Below, in pieces: positions 18,993-26,024 of a stretch of DNA of 64,000 bases. The number at the start of each line of letters is the position of its first letter. Within the stretch, counting starts at the first letter, position 1. Under the pieces are notes generated by a model. The model did not search any database. It saw nothing but the letters and a program-made list of their open reading frames with translations, and was not told the DNA's origin. Source of the DNA: an uncultured Myxococcales bacterium (GTDB lineage: Bacteria; Myxococcota_A; Polyangia; Polyangiales; Houyiibacteriaceae); assembly GCA_965601515.1 (NCBI GenBank), contig CBFCWN010000001.1, positions 64,069 to 128,068 on the forward strand. Direction: 5' to 3'. Made by a program: the position numbers and the translations under genes.

Positions 18993-20825
18993 ATGTGCGG
19001 AATCGTCGGCTACGTCGGTAGCGAGGAAGCTGCTCCGATCTTGGTCGATGGTCTCCGGCGTCTCGAGTACCGGGGCTACGACTCGGCCGGAGTGGCGGTT
19101 CACGAAGAAGGCGGCATCGAGATCGTTCGAGCCGTTGGCAAGCTCCGAAACCTCGAGACGGCGCTTCACGATCGGAAGCTCGCGGGGAACGTCGGCATCG
19201 GCCACACGCGGTGGGCGACACACGGGCGACCCTCCGAGGTCAACGCCCATCCGCACGTCGCCGGCCCCATCGCGGTCGTCCACAACGGCATCATCGAAAA
19301 CCACCTTCAGCTCCGGTCGGAGCTCGAAGCGGACGGCGTCGCGATCGTGAGCGACACGGACACCGAAATCGTCTCCCACCTCATCCATCAGGAAACCGAG
19401 GGCGGGCACGATCTGCTCTCCGCCATTCGACGCGCGCTCGCACGCGTCGAAGGCGCCTACGCGATCGCCGTGCTTTCCGAAACCGAAGCCGATCGAATCA
19501 TCGTCGCCAAGAACTCTTCGCCGCTGGTGCTGGGGGTGGCCGACGGCGCCAGCTACTGCGCAAGCGACATTCCGGCACTACTCCCGTACACCAACGAGAT
19601 GTTGTTTCTCGAGGACGGTGAGATTGCGGTCCTCGACTCGGCCGGATTCGAGATCACGACGCTTGCGGGCGACCCCGTGACGCGCAGCGCGCAGACGATC
19701 TCGTGGTCTCCAGTGATGGCCGAGAAGGCAGGCTTCAAACACTTCATGCTCAAAGAGATCTTCGAGCAGCCACGTGCGCTCGAGGACACGCTGCGCGGGC
19801 GCCTCGACCGCGAGCACGCGGACGTCGTCACCGCCGAGATTGGGCTTACCGAACAGGACGCGGCGGACACGAAGCGAGTCATCCTGCTCGCGTGCGGAAC
19901 GAGCCACCACGCGACCATCGCGGGACGCTACTGGATCGAAGAGCTCGCGGGCGTGCCCGCGATCACAGAGCTTGCCAGCGAGTTTCGTGGCCGCGACGCG
20001 GTCGTCGGCGAGGGTGACCTCGTCATCGCGGTGAGCCAGTCCGGCGAAACCATCGACACCCTGATGGCCGCCAAGGAGGCCAAGCAGGCCGGAGCCAAAG
20101 TGCTCGCGATCGCGAACGTGATTGGGAGCGCGATTCCACGAATGGCCGACGCGAGCTTCTACACGCACGCGGGTCCGGAAATCGGCGTCGCGTCGACGAA
20201 GTGCTTCATGGCGCAGCTTGCCAACCTGTTCATGTTCAGCCTTTGGCTCGCACGCCGCCGCGGCACGTTGAACGAAGGAGAGGCGGGCGAGCTCATCGAA
20301 GGCCTGGCTCGGGTTCCGCACCTCATCGACGAGCGCCTCGAGAGCAGCCACAAGGCGATCGCCGACCTGGCGACGAAGTACTCCGCCGCACAGGACGTGC
20401 TGTTCCTCGGTCGCGGCCTCAGCTTTCCCATGGCGCTCGAAGGCGCGCTCAAGCTGAAGGAGATCTCCTATGTGCACGCCGAAGGCTATGCCGCCGGCGA
20501 GATGAAGCACGGGCCCATCGCCCTGCTCGATACCGACGTACCGGTCATCGTGCTCGCGCCCCAGGACCGTCACTACGAACGAGTCTGCAGCAATCTCCAG
20601 GAGGCACGCGCTCGCGACGCCCAGATCATCGGCATCACCACGGACGGCGACGGTCAGGCGCAAAGCCTATGCCACGACTTCGTCGAGGTCGCTCCCACGC
20701 TCGAGGCGCTCACCCCGTTCCTCACGGTCGTCCCGCTTCAGCTCTACGCCTACTGCGTTGCGGACCACAAGGGCACCGACGTCGACCAGCCTCGAAATCT
20801 TGCGAAGACCGTCACGGTCGAGTGA
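18993..20825 (+). CDS. glmS: glutamine--fructose-6-phosphate aminotransferase
   Basis: MCGIVGYVG N-terminal nucleophile, two SIS domains, C-terminal PRNLAKTVTVE. Confidence 0.97.
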   Translation: MCGIVGYVGSEEAAPILVDGLRRLEYRGYDSAGVAVHEEGGIEIVRAVGKLRNLETALHDRKLAGNVGIGHTRWATHGRPSEVNAHPHVAGPIAVVHNGIIENHLQLRSELEADGVAIVSDTDTEIVSHLIHQETEGGHDLLSAIRRALARVEGAYAIAVLSETEADRIIVAKNSSPLVLGVADGASYCASDIPALLPYTNEMLFLEDGEIAVLDSAGFEITTLAGDPVTRSAQTISWSPVMAEKAGFKHFMLKEIFEQPRALEDTLRGRLDREHADVVTAEIGLTEQDAADTKRVILLACGTSHHATIAGRYWIEELAGVPAITELASEFRGRDAVVGEGDLVIAVSQSGETIDTLMAAKEAKQAGAKVLAIANVIGSAIPRMADASFYTHAGPEIGVASTKCFMAQLANLFMFSLWLARRRGTLNEGEAGELIEGLARVPHLIDERLESSHKAIADLATKYSAAQDVLFLGRGLSFPMALEGALKLKEISYVHAEGYAAGEMKHGPIALLDTDVPVIVLAPQDRHYERVCSNLQEARARDAQIIGITTDGDGQAQSLCHDFVEVAPTLEALTPFLTVVPLQLYAYCVADHKGTDVDQPRNLAKTVTVE

Positions 20826-20840
20826 CACAACGCTCGTCGC

Positions 20841-21542
20841 TCAGGGAGTGACTCGCTCCGTACCCTTGGGCGGCCGGTAGTCGAACCGCTTGTCGGGCAC
20901 GTCCCGGTTGAACTTGAACTTCGAGAAGTCGAAACGGTTTCGGTTGCCCGCGGCGTCGATGATCAAGACCCGCTGCACGATACCCGCACGCTTCCCGTCG
21001 GTGGAGAGCGTTCGCACGTAAAAGACGAGTTGTTCGTAGTTCGGGGTCGGCTTTCGCGGAATGAGCTGCAGCACATGCCCGTCCTCGAACGAAGCGTTGT
21101 CGTGATCGAGCAGCCGCACCTCGAAGTCTTTTTCGAGGTCGCCCTGCCCTGTGAGAAACGAAAACGCGGATGGGAGCTGGTCCTGATCGAGCTTGCGCTC
21201 GATCAGCTGTCCGCGCTTTTCGCCTTCTTCGGGGGGCTGGTAGATCAAGAGCTTCTTTCCGTCGCTCACGAACACCTGTCCGTTCGGCTCGGCGTAGTCC
21301 CAACGCATCTTGCCCGGTGTCTTGAACACCACGGCTCCCCGTGCGCGATCGTAGCGATCGTAGAGTCGGGTGTATCGAGTCTGCTCGAAATGGGCTTGGA
21401 GCGTTTTTGTTTGATCGTAAAACGTTTGGACGAGCGTCACGATCGCGCGCGCATCAAGCGGCTCCGCAGTTTGTGCACGACTCGCGTGCGTGAACAAAAC
21501 CACCGTAAAAGCCAGGGCGATCGCCCTCCATCGCCACTGCAT
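20841..21542 (-). CDS. LolA-like outer-membrane lipoprotein carrier protein
   Basis: Signal peptide MQWRWRAIALAFTVVLFTHASRAQT, then VQTFYDQTKTLQAHFEQT...GAVVFKTPGKMRWDY...VSDGKKLLIY (LolA pattern). Start at cat 21540-21542. Confidence 0.75.
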   Translation of the reverse strand: MQWRWRAIALAFTVVLFTHASRAQTAEPLDARAIVTLVQTFYDQTKTLQAHFEQTRYTRLYDRYDRARGAVVFKTPGKMRWDYAEPNGQVFVSDGKKLLIYQPPEEGEKRGQLIERKLDQDQLPSAFSFLTGQGDLEKDFEVRLLDHDNASFEDGHVLQLIPRKPTPNYEQLVFYVRTLSTDGKRAGIVQRVLIIDAAGNRNRFDFSKFKFNRDVPDKRFDYRPPKGTERVTP

Positions 21543-21727
21543 CACCACCCTACAAACGCTCCCGAGGGCGTAGTATTCACCCCGCAAGCGGGTACACAAG
21601 CCGACTCCACTTCGCCCCAAGGTGGGGATTGATCATTCGAGCTCACACCCTTATTCTGTAAGTGCGACGCTTCACGCGTCCCGCGTTAGCTTGGCTTTCG
21701 AACCCCGTCCACCCTTGGGAGGTGTCA

Positions 21728-21922
21728 ATGACCAAGCAGCATGCTCGAGCCATTCCACTGGAGCGAACCCGCTCCCATCTCGAAAAGAAGCACGCGGAGC
21801 TAGCCGCGCGAGTCGCAGCGCTCGACAGTCGGCTCAGCCTCACCCCTACGGAAGAGCTCGAGCTGCATCAGCTCAAAAAAGAAAAGCTTTGGGCGAAGGA
21901 CGCCCTTCAATCGTGCGGTTAG
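21728..21922 (+). CDS. DUF465 (YdcH-like) small protein
   Basis: 64 aa. HLEKKHAELAARVAALDSRLSLTPTEELELHQLKKEKLWAKDAL. ATG 21728 follows GGGAGG. Confidence 0.7.
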   Translation: MTKQHARAIPLERTRSHLEKKHAELAARVAALDSRLSLTPTEELELHQLKKEKLWAKDALQSCG

Positions 21923-21977
21923 CCGTCAGCTAGCCGCCAAATCCGCACTTCTCCTTCATCTCCTCGCAAGTCCCCGT

Positions 21978-22013
21978 GACGGCTCACTTCCTCCGTGGTG
22001 AGCCGTCTTTTTT
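21978..22013 (+). terminator. intrinsic terminator of the DUF465 gene
   Basis: GACGGCTCAC-(10-nt loop)-GTGAGCCGTC followed by TTTTTT. Confidence 0.75.
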
Positions 22014-22054
22014 CATGCGCTCGGGTACCAAACCCGGGGCGAGGCGCGTTGGTT

Positions 22055-22083
22055 AAACAAAACGGGCCACCCAAAGGTGACCC
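22055..22083 (-). terminator. intrinsic terminator on the minus strand
   Basis: The minus strand reads GGGTCACC-TTTG-GGTGGCCC (8-bp stem with one G-U pair) followed by GTTTTGTTT. Confidence 0.65.
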
Positions 22084-22234
22084 ATTTCGACCGAAGGAAT
22101 CGATCTACACTGAACTAAGCTAGGAAAATAAGTTAAGCTGGAGTTACAAGCAGTTAGTGAGTTAAGGACGACCCATCGCCACGCGGATGCCGGGCAAGCT
22201 GGAAAGTGCGCGGCGTGGGTCTTAAGCAAGTGCC
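22056..22234 (-). ncRNA. candidate ~180-nt small RNA bounded by a sigma-54 promoter and an intrinsic terminator (family unknown)
   Basis: No ORF of coding quality; stop codons in all six frames. A 13-bp 5' stem spans 22221-22170. An ~85-nt stretch is ~40% GC, with four UAACU repeats and CU-rich motifs. The terminator follows. See the first finding. Confidence 0.45.
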
Positions 22235-22244
22235 CCCGATTCAA

Positions 22245-22260
22245 TGCAATCGGGGTGCCA
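22245..22260 (-). promoter_or_regulatory. sigma-54 (-24/-12) promoter core
   Basis: The minus strand reads T-TGGCAC-CCCGA-TTGCA-T, an exact TGGCAC-N5-TTGCA match. Predicted +1 is near 22234. Confidence 0.55.
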
Positions 22261-22440
22261 ACTACAAGCCCGCCGAAACAGGGCTGTTTTCCAGGCTACA
22301 GGCCTATCGGTAGGACATTTCTGTCATACGTCCGCACGGCATGTCGTGGTCGGCTCCAATCCCCGGGCGGACGCCGGCGACGTTCAAGATACCTACATAA
22401 ACCTACCCGGGCGAGTTGAAAGCTCGGTCGAGTCACGCGT

Positions 22441-23763
22441 ATGATCGGAGCACCGGGCGAGCCGGGTTCAATGCCGACGTGCAACACGTGTAATGCGAAG
22501 GTCGTGAGGACGGACGCTTTTTGCGGTGCCTGCGGGGAGCCCGTGCCGGGCGCCAAGCCCGTCGTGCCGATCCGTGCGTCGTCCCCGGCAAACCTGACGG
22601 CCGAGCGCGAGCACGTGAGCGGCGCCTTTTCGCCGCCCGCCCCCACGGGGAACGCGGCGCAGGCGGCCGTCATCGTCGCGATTTCGGACCCCGAGCCACC
22701 GGACTCAGAGATCCGCGAACCCAATGAGACCGCGGTGCGCGAGCGCGAACGGAGCGAACCGGCGCCCGTCGTCCCGCTTCAGCGGCGCAAGGACGAGAGC
22801 ACGTCGATCGAGCAGCCCGCGGCGCCTGAGGAGCCCCTGCCCCTCGTCGGCACGATGGGTCGCGAGGCCGAGGCTCCGGCGGCCGAGACTCCAGCGGCGG
22901 AGACTCCAGCGGCGGAGACTCCGGCGCCGGAGCGCGGCGACACGAGCCTGCCGAACATTCCAGTTCGACCCGCAGCGCCTCCAATCTTGGCCTCGGACTT
23001 GCTCCGGGAGCAGATGCGTCCGTCGAGCCCGGGGGAGACGGAGCTCCGAATCGGTACGCTGGCGCTCTGTGCCATCGCAGGCGGGGTCGCTGTTTGGGCG
23101 GGTGGGACCCATCCGCTGACCTTGGTGTCGCTCGCTCTTTGTTTGTGCATGGCGATTCTCGCCGCCACGCCGATGTCGTATCGAGTTCGAGCCATCGGGC
23201 TCGTGCTCCTCGGCAGCGCGGCCACCGGCGTCTCGCTCTGGCAGCAAGAGCTCTCCGGAATTGCTCCGGAAGGCGCGATTCTCGCGATCGCAACCATCCT
23301 CTTGAGCGGCGGCCTTTTGTTCCGCGCGTACTACCGAGGAGCGATGTGGTCCCGCGCGGCCGTCGCCGTCGGCGTCGCGGCTCTCGTCGCGTGGTTCATC
23401 GTATCCGGCGGTCACCAGAGCCTGGTCGCGCTCGAGGCAGCCTGGCACTCCTGGGCGCCCGCGATCACGCAGATGGCGCTCGGCCTGCTGGCCCTTCTCT
23501 CGCTGATGGCCTTCATGGACAGCAGCACGCGCGGGGGCACCCACGTATGGGCTGCTGCTCTCCTATTCTTCTACGCGGTCCACATTGGACTGCTCATCGG
23601 AACGCAGCGCTGGCCGCTCGCACCCGGCGAAACGATGATTGAAGGCAGCACCATCGCCGCGCTTCTCGCAGGCGCGGTCGGCACCATCGTCGCCGGCGTG
23701 GCGCTCGCCCAAGTATTCGTGGTCCTCTACCAGAAGAAGACGTCTAGACGACGCTCCACCTAG
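22441..23763 (+). CDS. zinc-ribbon domain protein with Pro/Glu-rich linker and polytopic membrane C-terminal domain
   Basis: N-terminal CNTCNAKVVRTDAFCGACGEP (CxxC...CxxC), an ETPAA x3 linker, then about 7-8 hydrophobic segments. Confidence 0.7.
   Translation: MIGAPGEPGSMPTCNTCNAKVVRTDAFCGACGEPVPGAKPVVPIRASSPANLTAEREHVSGAFSPPAPTGNAAQAAVIVAISDPEPPDSEIREPNETAVRERERSEPAPVVPLQRRKDESTSIEQPAAPEEPLPLVGTMGREAEAPAAETPAAETPAAETPAPERGDTSLPNIPVRPAAPPILASDLLREQMRPSSPGETELRIGTLALCAIAGGVAVWAGGTHPLTLVSLALCLCMAILAATPMSYRVRAIGLVLLGSAATGVSLWQQELSGIAPEGAILAIATILLSGGLLFRAYYRGAMWSRAAVAVGVAALVAWFIVSGGHQSLVALEAAWHSWAPAITQMALGLLALLSLMAFMDSSTRGGTHVWAAALLFFYAVHIGLLIGTQRWPLAPGETMIEGSTIAALLAGAVGTIVAGVALAQVFVVLYQKKTSRRRST
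22885..22929 (+). repeat. 15-nt in-frame tandem repeat x3 (encodes ETPAA repeats)
   Basis: gagactccagcggcg, gagactccagcggcg, gagactccggcgccg. Confidence 0.85.
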
Positions 23764-24800
23764 GGGACCTTCCGCGGCCACGACGCAAGCAGGACGACGG
23801 CACACACGCGACCCCGGTCGTCTTTGGCTTCGCCGAAACCCGCATCGGTGAACCGCGGGTCGGTGACCGTCATGCGGTGGCTGGGGCTGTCCTCGATGGC
23901 GTGAAGCGCCTCGCGCATCGTCTTGGCCCTTGCGACCGCCTCGCCGACCACTCGGGCTTCGATCCCGCGTGCGAGAAGTCGAGCCTCCGGGTCGCCGTTC
24001 GGATCGAGCTCGTGCCCGAGTTTGCCCGAATCACATACGTTCTGCGCATGACTCGTCGCCTCGCGCGACAGCAGGCGGTTGTGGCGAACCGTCCGAGCCC
24101 CGCTCGCACGGCGAAGCTGAAGGAGCCATGCCTCGGGGTTTTGATTGCCACCCTGGACGGGGGCCGCCTGCGGGATCGTGCCGATCCATCGCTCCGCAAC
24201 GGGACGCGGACCGCTTGGCCCGGTCGCAACGAGCTGAACGAATAGCGGCCGAGGCCACTCGTTCGGAAGTGAGATGTCCGAACCGTACGCTTCGCCGTCG
24301 ACCGCGATTCGTCGCGAGCCCCCCGCCGAGTCGCGGACCATCAGGTAGGGGTCTCGAAAATCGGGGACGACCTCGGCGTGCAGTGAGTTCTTGCCGATCA
24401 TCTTGATCATGCCTGCCTGGACCGCAGCGACGAGCACCACGCGTTCGCCCGACTGCGCGCGCCCGCAGATCAGCGGCCCGTCGGTGGTCTCGATCAGGTC
24501 CTCGACCCACGCTTTGAAGCTCGCGACTTCGCCGGTCACGCCAAACTTCGCATACACGGGATTCGCGTCGACGCCCTGCTCTCGTGCGACCCGAACGAGC
24601 TCCGACGACGGCGGAACGCTCTGCTGGTCCGCGAGTACCTTCGCGACCTTCTCGAGCTTCTTGCTCCTTACGCAGAGCTTCTTCGGCTTCTCCGGCTCGG
24701 CCGCCGGAGCGGGGGGCGAGTCGCCCGAGTTCTTGTCTGCGCCGGCGCTCGCTTGGAATACCAAGAGCGTGGCGATGAGGAAGAGTATGTTGCGCAGCAT
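23760..24800 (-). CDS. secreted CAP/SCP (YkwD-like) domain protein
   Basis: N-terminal signal peptide. The C-terminal LSREATSHAQNVCDSGKLGHELDPNGDPEARLLARGIEARVVGEAVARAKTMREALHAIEDSPSHRMTVTDPRFTDAGFG resembles CAP domains. Confidence 0.65.
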   Translation of the reverse strand: MLRNILFLIATLLVFQASAGADKNSGDSPPAPAAEPEKPKKLCVRSKKLEKVAKVLADQQSVPPSSELVRVAREQGVDANPVYAKFGVTGEVASFKAWVEDLIETTDGPLICGRAQSGERVVLVAAVQAGMIKMIGKNSLHAEVVPDFRDPYLMVRDSAGGSRRIAVDGEAYGSDISLPNEWPRPLFVQLVATGPSGPRPVAERWIGTIPQAAPVQGGNQNPEAWLLQLRRASGARTVRHNRLLSREATSHAQNVCDSGKLGHELDPNGDPEARLLARGIEARVVGEAVARAKTMREALHAIEDSPSHRMTVTDPRFTDAGFGEAKDDRGRVCAVVLLASWPRKVP

Positions 24801-24809
24801 CGGTTCGGG

Positions 24810-26000
24810 TCACGTCCGGTAATCGGCGTTGATCCGAACGTACTCGTGACCGAGGTCGCAGGTCCAATAATGACCAACGCCTCGGCCCCTCCCTACGCGG
24901 ACGGTAATCGCGTACTCCGGCTGCTTCATCGTCGCTGCCGCCTGTGCCTCGCGTTTGGCGTTCATGATCGGACGTCCCTCTTCGAAGATTCGTACGCGTC
25001 CGATTCGCATCGAAACGTGATCAGGGTTGAAACGTGCGCCCGAGCGGCCGGCGGCGGCTAGGATTCGTCCCCAGTTGGGATCGCAGCCGTGGAGCGCCGT
25101 CTTCACCAGCTGTGAAAGCCCGATGGTACGAGCGATGGCAACCGCATCCGTATTGCTTCGTGCACCTTCGACGCTCACCCGAACGAGATGCTCGGCGCCC
25201 TCGCCGTCGGCCACGATCATCTTGGCGAGCGCCTCGAGCACCTCGACGAGCGCTGCCTGAAAGCGGCGCCCCGACGCGCTCTTCTCCGCAAGCTGCTGGG
25301 CTCCTGCTGCGCCCGACGCGAGCGCGTAAATCGAGTCGTTGGTGCTCGTGTCACCGTCGACGGTCGCGCGGTTGAAGGTCTCGTCCGACGCTTTCACGAG
25401 AAGCCGCCTGAGGATCCGGTGCGGAACGGTTGCATCGGTCGTCACGAATGCGAGCGTGGTCGCCATGTTGGGGTGAATCATCCCTGCGCCTTTCGCGATG
25501 CCAAGTACGGAACACGCGGTGCGGCCAACCCGAACCTCGGCCTTGGCAACTTTGGGTCCGCGGTCCGTCGTCATGATCGCGCGTGCGAAGCGATCGGCTC
25601 CATCTTCTGCAAGGTCGTCCACCAGATTCGGAATTGCCCGCTGCATTGGACTCACCGGAAGCGGTACGCCGATGACGCCGGTCGACGCAGGGAGTACGAG
25701 GCCTCGACGAATCCGAAGTGCTTTCGCGGTGTCCCCCGAGAGCGTCAACGCCGCGTCGCGGCCCGCAGAGCCCGTGCATGCGTTCGCATTGCCACTGTTG
25801 ACGAGCACCGCCTGACTCGTTCCCCCGCGAAGTCTGCGCGCGCTCAGCTCCACCGGAGCCGCGCGAACGAGGTTCCGAGTGAACACGCCGGCCGAATCCA
25901 CCTGCGTCTCCGCTGCAATGAGACCCATGTCGAGCGCCCCGTCTGACTTGATGCCTGCGTGCACGCCCGCGAAGCGAAACCCCTTCACGCGATCGCTCAT
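24810..26000 (-). CDS. argJ: bifunctional ornithine acetyltransferase / N-acetylglutamate synthase
   Basis: KGAGMIHPNMATTLAFVTTDA autoprocessing site; ends DYRT. Confidence 0.95.
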   Translation of the reverse strand: MSDRVKGFRFAGVHAGIKSDGALDMGLIAAETQVDSAGVFTRNLVRAAPVELSARRLRGGTSQAVLVNSGNANACTGSAGRDAALTLSGDTAKALRIRRGLVLPASTGVIGVPLPVSPMQRAIPNLVDDLAEDGADRFARAIMTTDRGPKVAKAEVRVGRTACSVLGIAKGAGMIHPNMATTLAFVTTDATVPHRILRRLLVKASDETFNRATVDGDTSTNDSIYALASGAAGAQQLAEKSASGRRFQAALVEVLEALAKMIVADGEGAEHLVRVSVEGARSNTDAVAIARTIGLSQLVKTALHGCDPNWGRILAAAGRSGARFNPDHVSMRIGRVRIFEEGRPIMNAKREAQAAATMKQPEYAITVRVGRGRGVGHYWTCDLGHEYVRINADYRT

Positions 26001-26024
26001 GGCGAGCCTCTTATCAGATGCGCG

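Noticed and set aside
22076-22436. A 12-bp long-range complementarity (GTGAC..TCGACCG with CGGTCGAGTCAC) suggests a ~360-nt RNA with a closing helix.
   Set aside because: The helix does not extend, and one arm is part of the minus-strand terminator stem. It is most likely coincidental.
22021-22440. The ~400-nt low-GC gap might be tmRNA, RNase P RNA, SRP RNA or a riboswitch.
   Set aside because: I checked both strands by eye. For tmRNA there is no GGGG...TTCGAC 5' end, no T-arm or CCA-type 3' end, and no Ala-rich tag ORF ending in AA-stop. For RNase P there is no GGAAAGTCC paired with ACAGAANCCGGCTTA on one strand. For SRP there is no CCGGAAGGAAGCAGCC-like motif. No B12, c-di-GMP or SAM cores were seen. 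The region is better explained by the sigma-54 promoter plus terminator unit.
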